64,000 nucleotides of DNA from Octopus vulgaris (taxonomy: Eukaryota). The position numbers and the translations under genes are program-made. The first letter of the stretch is position 1. The number at the start of each line of letters is the position of its first letter. Shown here in pieces: positions 12,529-25,249 of the stretch. The stretch covers positions 130,944,001 to 131,008,000 of the forward strand of contig OX597815.1 in NCBI GenBank assembly GCA_951406725.2. Reading direction: 5' to 3'. The notes under the pieces are model-generated. The model searched no databases. It worked only from the letters and a program-made list of their open reading frames with translations, and was not told the DNA's origin.

Positions 12529-12633
12529 GTGCTGTCCTTGAACCTAGAATGTCTTTGAAAGCATTATTCTATCCAATATGGCTTATTTGTTACATGTGTT
12601 GGTCTCACAAATATAAAGTTGTGTATACGTGGC

Positions 12634-12960
12634 CATAGGACATCTCCAATGAACAACAGTGGAACAGGACAAGACAAGCCTCAATCGAGACAAATATAAA
12701 GAAAAGAAAATGGGGATGGATAGGCCACATGCTACGAAAGCCTGTCACAGAGCAGGCCCTTGACTGGAACTCACAGAGGAAGTGAAAAGTGGGCCGACCA
12801 TAACAGTTTTGGTGCAGGAGTGTTGATGCAGAGGTGAGGGCAGCCAGAATGATGTCGGCCGAGCTGAAGAGGATCTTCCAGAACCGTGTCCATTGGAAAA
12901 ATGTTGTTGTGGCTGTGTTCCCTGAGGAATCAAGAGGCCTAAGAAGAAGAAGAAGAGAAG
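12634..12960 (+). mobile_element. 3' fragment of a different RTE-clade LINE with (AGA)n tail
   Basis: Translation WNRTRQASIETNIKKRKWGWIGHMLRK..QALDWNSQ..VGRP..QNRVHWKNVV is a typical RTE C-terminus. Confidence 0.75.
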
Positions 12961-13567
12961 ATCTATGATCATTCATGTTCCAGCTAGAACCACCTTGTTT
13001 CGTTAGTGGTATTCACAGAATACAAAAAAAAATAATAATAAAAAAAACAAAAAACAAAACATTATCAAACACCTGCTACATTTTTTTAAAGATGGAAGAA
13101 TGTAGTTTAAGGGTGATTTGGTTACTGCTTCTGGCAGGTCAAGTGACCATATAAAACACTTCCTTTTTAGCTGAGATCCCATAATTTAATCAGGTGATTG
13201 GAATAGCCATGGTTTGCTTCTTCGTGGTTTTTATTCTTTGTACCAAACTGAAGTGAATTATGGTGTTTGTTTAAAACTCAATATGTACCAGTGATACACT
13301 GAGGGCAGTTCAAGTGTATCTTTTTACAAAATTGTTGAAAGAAATAATTGTTTGTTTTATCTGAATTTATTACTGCGTGTGTCAATTTTGTTCTTATTCC
13401 CCCTGGGGAAGCTGGTAATAATATTTTTACCAGTGAAAAAGGAAGACAAAGTCATTGGTGTAATTTTATCATTTGTTAGGTTTTCCCCTGTGGACCTTTC
13501 AAAAGTCTTTGTTATATTTATTTCAAACTGAAGCTGTTGTTGGTTGAATTTGTTAAAAATTATAACA

Positions 13568-13797
13568 TTAACCCTTTCATTACCATATTTATTTTGAGAT
13601 GTTCTGTATTTCTTTCAATTAATTTTAAATATAACAAAGAATTCAGTAAAATAACTTATTTATCATCCAGCTAGTGTTAGAAACATAAATTGTGACTAAG
13701 GTTTGATGGAAGATTTTAATTCAAAACTTATGAAAGCAAGACATTTGTACTACAGAGCCAGAAGCAGTTTCAGCTAGGTTGGTATTGAAAGAATTAA
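13568..13797 (+). mobile_element. TTAA-flanked (piggyBac-type) MITE
   Basis: ttaa-ccctttcattacc ... ggtattgaaagaa-ttaa. Homologous to 39245-39473 and 45822-46047. Confidence 0.8.
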
Positions 13798-13827
13798 GCT
13801 GTATAATTGACAAGTCATAAACAAAGA

Positions 13828-14155
13828 TTGGCTGAATGGTTGAGAAGTTTGCTTTGCAATCATGCTGTCCTGGGTTCAATCCTACTGTTACGCATCATAA
13901 ACATATATCTTTTACCAATACCTTGACTCAATGCAGGACTTGTAAGTGAAAGTGGGTAGATGGAAACTGTGTGGAAGCCTGTCAGATGGATTTTGCCTGT
14001 AATACGAAGGTACAGCCTTGTCACTCTGAGAATTATGTTAACCGTACTTGTATCTGTGGGATACTCAGCTCATATATACACTACTAATTCAATGAGTTTA
14101 GTAATTCAGTTTGTCAGACTACCGAACCCTCATCATTGAAATTGGCAGAGAGCCA
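13828..14155 (+). mobile_element. Mosaic SINE (family A head, 3' body shared with the 47375-47705 SINE)
   Basis: tRNA-like head with gggttcaatcc. gccttgtcac..gagaattatgttaa..tctgtgg matches the reverse complement of 47430-47540. Confidence 0.6.
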
Positions 14156-14237
14156 TTTATTAAGGGTTTATGATTTAGGTTGTTGTCACCTCACATAGCT
14201 GATGTACATTAACTGATTACATCTAATAAAAGAGGTG

Positions 14238-14590
14238 AGGTGGCTGAGTTCCTTTTGAGTATTGGGCCACACAGAGGCAATGACCAAGACCTTTGGCATT
14301 ATGTCATGCTTGAGAAGAAGACCCATCAAGCCATGCAAATTCACAGTAATAGCAGATACTGGTGTCATGCAAATTGGCACCTGTGCTGGTGGCTCATAAA
14401 AGCACCCTGGTGTCATGCACCCATTACACTCTTGGAGTGGTTGGCATTAGGAAGAGCATCCAATCATAGAAAACCATGCCAAATCAGGCTGGAGTCTGGT
14501 GCAGCTCCCCCTGCTTGCCAGCCCTGGTCAAACTGTCCAACCCATGCCAGCATGGACAACAGATGTTAAATGATGATGATAATGATGATG
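14238..14590 (+). mobile_element. (GAT)n-tailed RTE-type 3' end
   Basis: 42-bp unit, gacctttggcattatg, conserved terminus. Confidence 0.8.
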
Positions 14591-14620
14591 AAAGGATTAC
14601 ATCATCATCGTCACCGTAAT

Positions 14621-14866
14621 TGTGGGGGTGCATGGCTTTGTGATTAGGGTTATTGGACCCATGATCATTAGATTGTGGTTTCGATCCCTGGACTGGGTGG
14701 TGCATTGTGTTGTTGAGCAAAACACTTCATCCCACATTGCTTCAGTCCACTTGGCTGGCAATGATGAGTAATCCAGTGATGGACTGGCATCCCATCCAGG
14801 GAGGTATATACACACCAGGAAAACCTGGAAACTGACCCTATGCTCCTTATAGGGGTCATGTGGACT
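14621..14866 (+). mobile_element. tRNA-derived SINE
   Basis: B-box ggtttcgatccc. Shares gatggactggcatcccatccagg...ggaaactgaccc with 47010-47325. Confidence 0.7.
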
Positions 14867-15104
14867 AATCATCATCATCATAACTAAACCTCTGTATTCT
14901 ATGCTGGCACAGGTTGAATGGTTTGACAGGATCCCATTGCCCAGAAGACTGCACTAGTCTCCAATGTCTTCATTGGCAAAGTTTCTACAGCAGGATGCCC
15001 TTCCTAATGCCAACCCATTTACAGAGTGTACAAAGTACTTTTTTCTTTGGCACCAGAACTACTGAGGTCATCAGGTAGCTGACATGACAACACCCTTGAC
15101 AGAG

Positions 15105-15375
15105 AGTGTGTGTATGTGTGTGTGTGTGTGTGTATGTGTATGTATGTTTGTGTGTGTGTGTTGTGTTTGTGTGTGTGTATATTTGTGTGTATGTTTGTGT
15201 ATGTATGTGTTCGTGTGTGTGTGTTGTATTTGTGTGTGTGTTGTGTTTGTGTGTGTGTATATTTGTGTGTGTGTATGTTTGTGTATGTATGTGTTTGTGT
15301 GTGGGTGTATTGTATTTGTGTGTGTGTGTGTTTGTGTGTGTGCATGTTTGTGCATGTGTGTGTATGTGTGTATGT
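15105..15375. repeat. Compound (TG)/(TGTA) microsatellite with higher-order repetition
   Basis: Seen directly in the sequence. Confidence 0.9.
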
Positions 15376-15544
15376 GGTGGATACAACTTTGGCAGAGGTT
15401 ATTTTGTGCCAGGTGTTGAAAGGCTAAAGTGTGAAAGAAAGATAGGAACAGGTATCTTGATGTAGAGGAGATACATGGCTACTCCTTGCATTTATATATT
15501 GTTAGGAAATTATTTAAGGCAGTGAGCTGGATGACTCATTAGCA

Positions 15545-15930
15545 TGTTGGACTTGTTCCCATGCTGGTGGCATGTAAAAAGCACCATCCAAACACAGCTG
15601 TCGCCAGGTGCCCTTTGACTGGCTCCTGTGCTGGCAGCATGTAAAAATCACCATCTGAATGTTGTTGATGCCAGGCCTGTCTGACTGGCTTCTGTGCTAG
15701 TGGCACATAAAAAGCACCCACTACACTCTCAGAGTGGTTGGCGTTAGGAAGGACATCCAGCTGTAGTAATCTTGCCAGATCAGATTGGAGCCTGGTTCAG
15801 CCACTGGTTCTCCAGACCTCAGTCAAACCGTCCGACCCATGCCAGCATGGAAAACGGACGTTAAACGATGATGATGATGGTGATGATGATGATGATGATA
15901 ATGATGATGATGATGATGATGATGATAATG
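15545..15930 (+). mobile_element. (GAT)n-tailed RTE-type 3' end
   Basis: 60-bp units, terminus and long GAT tail. Confidence 0.8.
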
Positions 15931-16439
15931 AGGAATTGCATTCATATTACTTTAAGCACTGTCAAAAGATAACTATTTTAGTAATGTGACTGAAAAGAAA
16001 TTTTGTTTATCCTTAAAGTTATATCATTTAAAATGTTCTCTGGTTTCTCACTAGGTTTAATCTGTTTTAATCTGCTTTCTGTATGTTTCAGAAAAATATT
16101 GAATACACATACACAAATTTTTATTTAATTTTCTACTTTTGGGAAAAATAATTGTATTATTTAGTTTGAATTTGATAACAAAATTTGCCTAAAACAATAA
16201 TAAATCTCGAGTATTACACTGTGAGAAACTGGGAAAGACAAGCGACACGTTATTACATTTCATGTTAATACATTCATATTGCATTATTATGTGTCAACAG
16301 CAGAACTAAGCATGTGGTTGTGGTTGTTGATACTGTTTAGCCTCAGGTCATGCCTGATCAAGTAGATTTATCATTAAATACATTCCAACTGTGACCATCC
16401 TATCTTAATTTCTGGCACGGTGTATCTCAAACATCATTT

Positions 16440-16960
16440 GTCCTCCTCCTCCCCCTCCCCTCCCCTCGTCCACTTCCTCCCATCCTCCTTCCGCCTCCTC
16501 CTCCTCCTCCCCTCGCCTCGTCCACTTCCTCCTCCTCCTCATCCACTTCCTCCTCCTCCCCTGCTCCTCTCCTCCTTCCCCCTCCTCCACTTCCTCCTCC
16601 ACTTCCTCCTCCACTTCCTCTTCCTCCACTTCCTCCTCCTCCTCCTCCCCTCCTCCTTCCCCCCTCTTCCTCCACTTCCACCTCTTCCTCCACTTCCTCC
16701 TCCTCCTCCTCCCCTCCTCCTTCCCCCCTCTTCCTCCACTTCCACCTCTTCCTCCACTTCCTCCTCCTCCACCCCCACCCCACCCCACCACCCCTCCTTC
16801 TTCACCACCCTCCCCCTCTCCCCTCCTCCCCCACTCCCTCCTCTCATCATCATTACCACCGCCACCGCCGCCACCACCGCCACCGCCGCCGCCACCACCG
16901 CCGCCACCGCCGCTGCCGCCACCGCCACCGCCGCCGCCGCCACCGCCACCACTACCATCG
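16440..16960. repeat. Polypyrimidine (CCT/CCA) tract followed by (GCC/ACC)n, continuous with the tail of a minus-strand element at 16955-17118
   Basis: Seen directly. The array merges into accatcgtttccatgctggc. Confidence 0.9.
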
Positions 16961-17849
16961 TTTCCATGCTGGCATAGGTAGGATGGTTTGACAGGTCTAG
17001 AGAGCCAGCAGCTGCACTAGGCTCAAATCTAATCTGGCAAAGTTTCTACAGCTTGATGCCCTTCCCAACATCAGCCACTCTGAGAGTGTAGTGGGTGCTT
17101 TTTACATACCACCAGCACTCACTTGAAACAACATCAGTCTGCTTCTTTTCCTTTTCCTTTTTATGGTCTACAATTTACTGAGAACAGCTTTTTTTGCTAT
17201 TATGTTTTTTTTTGTGTTTCATTTTGCTCCTTACCTTTGAACATTTGTCCACCTGTTGTGACCTCTCACCTTGTCCAACTGTCCATCTCTTGTTCCCCCA
17301 GTTTAACTTGTGCATTTTTAACTTATTTTAAGATAGTGTGTTTCACAGCATGTATCATGGTTTCAGATTAAATGAACCCTGACTGTTCTAAGATATAACT
17401 AAAAATGTCACCTGCAGGAAGGGCAATGGGTCATAAAACATTGCATACCAGCATGTAAAAGTGAGCATTATAATGATGACTATGACTTTATGATAATAAG
17501 ATCTTAACATGTGAATAAGAATCTAAGAACGGTGAAAGAGAGATAGGAACCGGTTAGTAGAGTAGATACATGGCTACTCTATGTATTTATATATTGTTAG
17601 GAAATATTTAAGGTAGTGGGTTGGAAGAATCATTAGCATTTTAGACAAAATGCTTTGAGGCATTTTTTCAACTCTTGGCATTCTGAGTTCAATTCCCAGC
17701 AAAGTCAGTTTTGTTTTTCATCCACTTGCACAAGTATCTCAGAATGGTTTAGGTTTCAAAGTGTTCAGAATTGGTTCTTGTAGAATTATGACTTCTTTCC
17801 TCAATAAATCTATGGCCAGTCAACAAGGATCTCCACCCACACAGTATCA

Positions 17850-18170
17850 AGATATGGTATTACATATATCATGTGATCACATGATCAACCACACAATCAG
17901 ATGTTGTTATACATCACTGGTCACAATGCGCTTTGCATTGTTTTAGCTTTCGAATGAAGCCACCCCACTGGCTTGGCAAGCAGGACAACATCCTCCATCC
18001 CTGATTGGAAGGCTCTTCCATCTCAGGGTTTTACAGCTGAGTGGACTGCAGCAATGTGAAATGAAGTGTTTTGCTCAAGAACACAATGTGCTGCTTAGTC
18101 TGAGAATTGAACTCATGTTTGCTAGATCATGAGTGCAACACCTGAACCACTTGGTCAAATACCTTCATAC
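17850..18170 (-). mobile_element. tRNA-derived SINE, family C
   Basis: Homologous to 3760-4015. Confidence 0.7.
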
Positions 18171-19523
18171 ACATGCTCACACACACTCACCTGCCAACAC
18201 ACACACATATATATAAGATGGAAAAGTGGTTATGACATTGCCTGTATCATTTGAACACCGCATCTCTGTATACTGTATAGTAACATATCCTCTTTATCCT
18301 CTAATTCCAATTAGAGTTCTAGAAATAATTAATTGTTATTATACTGTCAGGAGTGTAGTACACACAAAAATAACCCAAAGACAATTTTTTGTTTTATGAC
18401 GCAACAGTGTTTGTCTCAGAATAAATAAATCTACTTTATATAATGTCTTTAAACTCAAATTACAACCCTTTTTAGAGTTTATTTCGTGTTTTGTTATGAA
18501 TTTATTTCAGTTTAGAAACAAAACTTTAACTATATTATTATTGATAACTAAGGTAACGGGAAATACCAAATAAATCATAAATTTTGTTGTTCTTAATGTT
18601 TTTATGATATTTTCTTTCAAGCTACCAAGAAACCTAACACAATATAAACACTTGTCATTAATATAATTTATCAACCTACTGAATAGAAATTTAGAGATAC
18701 AAGAAAAAAATCGTAATAGTGTGACTAGCAAAGTCAGTTATGTATTAAAAAACTGAGATAGTTTATATTCCTGCTGTCGACATTTTGTCACATCAGTCAA
18801 TGGTCAAGGCACTTAATTTTCAGTAATCATTGAAATTTTTATATAATAATATAATAGATCTGAGTAGGTGGCATAATTTAATACACAAAGTTATAACAGC
18901 TTTGCTCTTATTGCCGTTTTTGTTGTTGCTGTTTGTGTTGCTGTTGTTTAGTTCCCAGGCCAACTCTGATCAAGCAGATTCATGACAAAAGGCATTCAAA
19001 CTAATTACTGTCTTCTATTTTGGGGTTAAATAAGGACTACATTATCAAATATCTTCTTCCTATTTTTTTGATGTTTGGGAGTGATCTGGAAGATCTGGTT
19101 CATTTTTCTCGCAAATCAACTAAGGGCATAGAAGTATTGGTACTATCAAATTTGTAAGAGATTTCTTGGCTTCCAAGTTCAATTTTTCTTGTATGAAAAA
19201 AAAAAATAAATATTTGTGTTATATTGGTACCTTATCCAAGAGGATATTCGTTTATTTCTGACTAAAACCTCAGAAATGAAACACTTGCTCAGTGGAACAC
19301 AGTGGTCTATAATATATATATATATATATATAAAATAATAAAACGCAAATGAAAAAATGAAAACCAAACAAACTCCCTCGTCCCAAATCAGTTCAGTTTG
19401 CAAAGCAATGTCTAATGCTTACAACATTTTAATATTCTTTTATTTTCTTCACTTTCCACTACACTAAACTGATATCTTTAGTGCCCAACTCATTCCCTGT
19501 CTCCAGTCACCTGTCACATTATC

Positions 19524-19723
19524 CTTTCTACTATAGGCACAAAGCCTGAAATTTTTGAGGAAGGAGCAAGTTGATTACTGCTCAACTGGTACTTAATTTA
19601 TCGACCCTGAAAGGATGAAAAGTGAAGTCGACCTCAGCAGAATTTGAACTCAGAACGTAGCAACAGACAAAATACTGCGAAGCATTTCACCCGGCATGCT
19701 AACGATTCTGCCAGCTCACCTCC
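19524..19723 (-). mobile_element. SINE family B
   Basis: Family consensus match. ctgtcacatta flanks both sides. Confidence 0.8.
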
Positions 19724-20203
19724 TTCCATCTGTCACATTACTTCATTTAGTGCACTTGCTATTCTGTCTCATATCCATGTTGTACCTGAACCTCACATCT
19801 TTTCCTTCTTCTCTCTCTCTCTCTTTCTGTCTCACTTGCAGGTGGGCAAACCATGTATTTACCTCTTCAACAAGACACTTGCTCCTTTCCCTCTATCGTA
19901 GTTTCTTTCTTCAGTCTGTACTCTGCTCACTCGAGGGGTCTTATCTTGTGGGTACTCAATGGTCTCACTGGTGCTGGAGCCATATACAAAAAAAACAAAA
20001 AAAACATCTGGTACACTCTGCAAAGTGGTTGGCATCAGGAAGGGCATCCAGGTGTAGAAACCATGCCAAAACAGACATAGATCCTGATGGAACACTCTGG
20101 CTTGTCTCTTCTTGCTGAACCATTGAACTTATCCCAGCATAAAAAAAGGGATGTTAAATGATGATGATGATCACACACACACACACACACACAAATGACA
20201 ACA

Positions 20204-20246
20204 CTGTAACAAACTTCAAGAATTTGCTGGCTCTTTCATCAGACTG
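20204..20246 (-). ncRNA. Degenerate minimal hammerhead-ribozyme-like motif
   Basis: Minus strand reads cagt CTGATGA AAGAG ccagcaaa TTCTT GAAG tttgtt acag. Core and stem II are present, GAAA is altered to GAAG and stem I is imperfect. Confidence 0.35.
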
Positions 20247-20361
20247 AGATGTAACCATTACATGCGATGTTGTGGGTTGTGTGTGGCTGCTATTTAAGAG
20301 GCTGTATTGTATAAGCAGGCAAAGGTGGATTTTTACAAATTTTAACAAGATAAAACATTTT

Positions 20362-21516
20362 GCAGTTCTGTTACCTAAGTGACCAAGTCAGTAGCAGAGG
20401 TGGGTGCACTGAAAGTGTAGCTGCTAGAATAAGAATAGCCTGGGCAAAGTTCAGAGAGCTCCTACCTCTGCTGGTGACAAAGGGCCTCTCACTCAGAGTA
20501 AAAGGTAGACTGTATGACGCATGTATACAAACAGCCATGCTACATGGCAGTGAAACATGGGCCATGACTACTGAGGAAATGCGTAAGCTTGCAAGGAATG
20601 AAGCCAGTATGCTCTGCTGGATGTGTAATGTCAGAGTGTAAGCACCTTGAGAGAAAAGTTGGACCTAAGAAGCATCAGATGTGGTGTGCAAGAGAGACAA
20701 CTGTGCTGGTATGGACATGTGGTACAAATAGATGAGGACAGCTGTGTGAAAATGTGTCACACCCTAGCAGTTGAGGGAATCTGTGGAAGAGGTAGACCCA
20801 GGAAGACCTGGGATGAGGTGGTGAAGCATGACCTTTGAACATTGGGCCTGAATGAGGCAATGACTAGTGACCGAAACCTTTGGAAATATGTTATGCTTAA
20901 GAAGATCTGGCAAGCTAAGTGAGACCATAACCTGTGGCCTATGCCAGTGGTGTAACCAGCCTACTTATGTGTTGTTTGCGAAGACCTGTTGAGGAAAGTG
21001 AAATCCCAATCAAAATCAAATTTGCTGACATGGCCGATGACTGCACCACCTGGCTAGCACCCATGCCAGTGGGACGTTAAAAGCACCATCTGATCGTGAT
21101 CATTGCCAGGGCCTCTGACTGGCTCCCATGCCGGTGGCACATAAAAAGCACCATTTGAGTGTGATCGTTATCAGTGTTCTTACTGGCACTTGTACCAGAG
21201 GCACGTGAAAAGCAACATTCAAGCAAGGTTGTTGCCAGTGCTGCTGGACTGGCTCCTGTGCAGATGGCACATAAAAAACAACATTTGAGCATGGCCATTG
21301 CCAGTACCACCTGACTGGCAATGTAAAAGACTGGTGGTATGTAAAAGCACCCACTACACGCTTGGAGTGGTTGGTGTTAGGCATCCAGCTGTAGAAACTC
21401 TGCCACATCAGACTGGAGCCTGGTGCAGCCATCTGGCTTGCCAGTCTTCAGTCAAACTGTCCAACCCATGCCAGCATGGAAAGCGGACGTTAAACGATGA
21501 TGATGATGATGATGAT
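20362..21516 (+). mobile_element. 5'-truncated RTE-type LINE
   Basis: FCYLSDQVSSRGGC..RIRIAWAKFRELLPLL..LHGSETW..WYGHVV..GRGRPRKTWDEVV, 60-bp units, GAT tail. Confidence 0.9.
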
Positions 21517-21609
21517 GTGACAGGATGACCACAGGGCTCATTATGCAAAAGCATATTTAATGCTTATAACACCATAATAGGGTTCAAACATATTTGATAA
21601 TCACCAGCA

Positions 21610-21912
21610 ACACCAACGTTGTCCTTGTCATCGTCATCATCATCACTGTCATCATCATCATCACCATTGTCATCATCATCATTATCATCAACGTTATCAT
21701 CATCATTGCCATCATCATCATCATCATTGTCATCGTTGTCATTGTCATCACCATCAATGTCATCATCATCATAATGATCATCATGATCATCATCATTGTC
21801 TTCATCATTGTTGTTGGTAGTAGTGGTTGTCATCATTGTCATCATCATTGTCATTATTGTGATTGTCATCATTATCATCATTATCATCATCATCATCAAC
21901 CTCATCATCACT
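21610..21912. repeat. Degenerate (CAT)n array, the tail of a minus-strand element at 21912-22020
   Basis: Seen directly in the sequence. Confidence 0.85.
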
Positions 21913-22251
21913 TTAATGTCCATTTTTCTATGGGCCAGATGGAATTCATAAAGGCAGATCTTCTATGGCTGGATGCTCTCCCTGTCACCAATCCTTACCT
22001 GTTTCCAAGCAAGGTCATAATCCTCCTGTGTATCAAACAACAAACAGCCAGGACATAGTTACATGCCTTCTTTCTGTTTACACAGATTGTGTCTTCCTGA
22101 CACGTCCAGACAAGTCAGAAATCCTAGACATGCTATCGCACACAACTGCAGGCATACAACACTGCTTGTGTTGATAGTGAAGCTGTTGGTTTGTTTCCAG
22201 TCAGTGAACACAAATAAATGTTTCTGTAAAATAGTAAATTTTTAAGAAGTG

Positions 22252-22797
22252 ACACTAAGCTCCCTTGTTTGAAAATATAAGAATGCAGATAGTGCATCGA
22301 TAGCCAGCTAGAGATGATGTTTCATGGGGCTAAATAATAGTAACAGGACTAATCAGGACTGCCACATTATTTGGCCAATAAGCTTTACTCTAGAGCATTG
22401 TTACTGAATGTTTCTCATTCAGAGATTTAGAAATAATAATTTTCTGTTTATGAGATCACTAACTGTGTGTCACTTTGAAAAGTATATATTTCGAACACGA
22501 GTCTAATGTTGCCATCTCTAGCTGAGCAGTTATTCTGTGCTGATGAAGAGAAATAACCCAGAAACCATTGCTACACAGATATTGCTTTGAGCTGAGTGGG
22601 TACACTAAACTCCCTTGTTCAAAAATATAAGGATGCAGATAGTGTGTTGATAGCCAGCTGGGGATAATGTTTCCTAGGGCTAAATAATAGTAACATTCAT
22701 CCTAATCAGGACTACCACATTATGTTGGCAAATAATCTTTACTCTAGAGTACTGTTACTGAAAGGTTTTCGTTCAGAGATTTAGAAATAATAATTTT
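22252..22797 (+). mobile_element. About 1.55 copies of a 350-bp monomer with a hammerhead-like motif (Penelope pseudo-LTR or retrozyme-like)
   Basis: 22252-22443 is repeated at 22602-22797. A CTGATGA...GAAAC motif lies at 22534-22579. Confidence 0.6.
22534..22579 (+). ncRNA. Degenerate type I minimal hammerhead ribozyme motif
   Basis: tctgtg CTGATGA agag aaataa ccca GAAA ccattg cta cacaga. Perfect 6-bp stem I and intact core boxes, with mismatches in stems II and III. Confidence 0.5.
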
Positions 22798-22905
22798 TTC
22801 TATTTGTAAATATTTGGCAAAAACATATTTACTTCATTTTAGTATTTGGTTGCAAGATTCTTGATATGAAGTTGTGTGATGAAACAAATTTTGTTGTGTC
22901 TTGTA

Positions 22906-23542
22906 CAGGTTCAATTCACCTTCTTCTTCTTATTAATTAATTGTTTAAATATTTAACCAACTAACTAATTGATTCATCATCATCATCATCATCATCATTA
23001 TCATCGTTTAACGTCTGTTTTCCATGCTGGCACGGGTTGGACGGTTTGACTGAGGTCTGGAGAGCCAGCAGCTGCACTAGGCTCCAATCTAATCTGGCAA
23101 TGTTTCTACAGCTGGATGCCCTTCCTAACGCCAACCACTCCAATGTGTAATGAGTGCTTCTTACATGCCACTGGCACAAGAGCCAGTCAGGCGGGCCTGG
23201 CATTGATCATGTTTGGATAGTCCTTTCTATGTACCACTGGCATAGGGGCCGGTCAGTGGGTACGGGCACTGGCCATGTTCGGTTTATGCTTTTTACATTC
23301 CACTGGCATGAGAGCCAGTCAAGTGGACCTGACATTGGACTGCATTCTGATGGTGCTTTTTATGTGCCACTGGCACGAGAGCCAGTCAGGTGGGGTGGGG
23401 GACACTGATTGTTTGTTTAATTTGTTGGTTTAACAACCAATTAGTTGTTTGTTAGTCAAAGTTCTTCCATTGCCATTTGTAACCTTTTAATTGACCTATT
23501 GACTTCCTTCTTGTTCCAAGGTCTGCTGTGAAATTGAACCTG
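22906..23542. mobile_element. MITE with short TIRs, interrupted by a minus-strand RTE-type 3' end (~22975-23405)
   Basis: caggttcaattcac pairs with gtgaaattgaacctg. The internal AT-rich sequence resembles the 9710-9997 element. Confidence 0.55.
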
Positions 23543-23589
23543 TGTGTATGTATTATCATTATTGGCTTAATGACTCTCCCAAGACATAA

Positions 23590-23805
23590 TCCTTTATACC
23601 ATAGGCACAAAGCCTGAAATTTGTGGGGAGGGGTATAGTCGATTACATCGACCCCAGTACTCAACTGGTACTTATTTCATCAACCCCTGAAAGGATTAAA
23701 GGCAAAGTCAACCTAGGCAGAATTTGAACTCAGAACATAATGACGGGTGAAATACTGCTAAGCATTTTGTCCAGCGTGCTAACGATTCTGCCAGCTTGCT
23801 GCCTT
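23590..23805 (-). mobile_element. SINE family B
   Basis: Family consensus match. caagacataat flanks both sides. Confidence 0.8.
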
Positions 23806-25249
23806 CACCCTCACAAGACATAATGAAACACATTTAGTAATTAATTATTCTGCAGAAAAGGTGGGGAGCTGGTAAAATTGTCAGTGGGTCAGACAAAAAT
23901 GCTAAGTGAAATTTCTTCTGATTCTTCATGTTCTGGGTTCACATTCCACTGAGGTCAACTTTGCTTTCCAGCCTTTCAAAATTTTAAAAATGTATCAGGT
24001 GACTACTGAGGCCAACATAACTCACTCTACTCTCTTAAAATTGCTGGCCTTGTGCCAAAATTTGAAACCATTATTTTATAGAAATACTAATTATGTTGAT
24101 AACCTTTATGTTGTTTCTCAATGTACTAGAAATAGCCACCAAACCTTTCTCACGTCACACTCTACTGAGTGCATGGGCACACCGAGCAGTTGTCTGGAGA
24201 CCCCAGGAGCCAAGGGACCTAATGCTAATCTATGTAAACATGTAGGATATGTATATAAGAACTCCAGTGAGCTGCTTTGCTCAGGGACCTATAATGATCT
24301 GAAGGCAACCCTGACCCTACCATCTGAAAATATGGGATCATCATGACTGGATTGCTTTTGATCATAGACCTGCTTGGTCAGGGATGGCCTGTGGCTAAAC
24401 AACTGTTACAACAATCATCATCATCACCATCATTGCTGTCATCATCATTTAATGTCTGTTTTTCGTGCTGGCATGGGTTGGATGGTTTGACAAGAGCTAA
24501 CAAGGCCAGGGGCTGCAACAGGTTCCAATTGTCTGTTTTGATGTGGTTTCTAAATCTGGATGCTCTTCTTAATGCCAACCACTTTATAAGGGTACTGGGT
24601 GATTTTTGTGTGGCACTCTCATAAATGGTTTTTACATGGCACCATAACAGGTGCATTTTGTGTGGCACTATAATATTTTAAATATTTTCTTTATATTATA
24701 AATATTAAGTATGTTTTCACCTATGATGTTGTTGTCATTGTTACTGTTCTTCCACTCTTGCCTCCCACCCCGTCCTCCACCGTTTATCACTGATTGAGTA
24801 GATCTATGATCCAAAACATTCCAGCAGGCTTGAGTAAATGTTGGCTGTTGTCACAATAAACAACATCATCATCATCTCAGTCACAGATCAATGAGTGGAT
24901 ATCATCAATCAAAGAAAGTGAAGGCTCCAAACATCAAGTGGGATTACTTGATCAATAAAGATACTTGCATAAACTAAACTAACATTCATTTTTTTCGAGA
25001 GAAAAAAAATAAAGAAATTCTTGTAATTTCTTGAGAAATTGGATGGCAAGGCAAAGTGGAAGATGTTACAAGATAATTATGTTATAATGGTAATTGAATT
25101 TATCTGAGTTAATAAAGGGAAATTGAATTAGCTACAGAAAATATGTATGAACAGAAATGTAGTACTGAATATACACACACACATATATATATATTTTTCA
25201 AAGAAATTCCAACTCTGTTTTTTATGTTTTATTTATATTCTTTATAATA

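Noticed and set aside
14985-15465. His/Thr- and Cys/Val-rich ORFs (also 25242-25799, 32573-33069, 56437-56836, 62247-62678)
   Set aside because: They are translations of (CA)/(TG)/(TACA) microsatellites.
16405-16977. Pro-, Glu-, Gly- and Ala-rich ORFs
   Set aside because: Trinucleotide low-complexity tract that is open in many frames, with no splice or domain evidence.
24830-24980. Short open frames resembling a terminal exon
   Set aside because: No convincing acceptor and no recognisable protein similarity.
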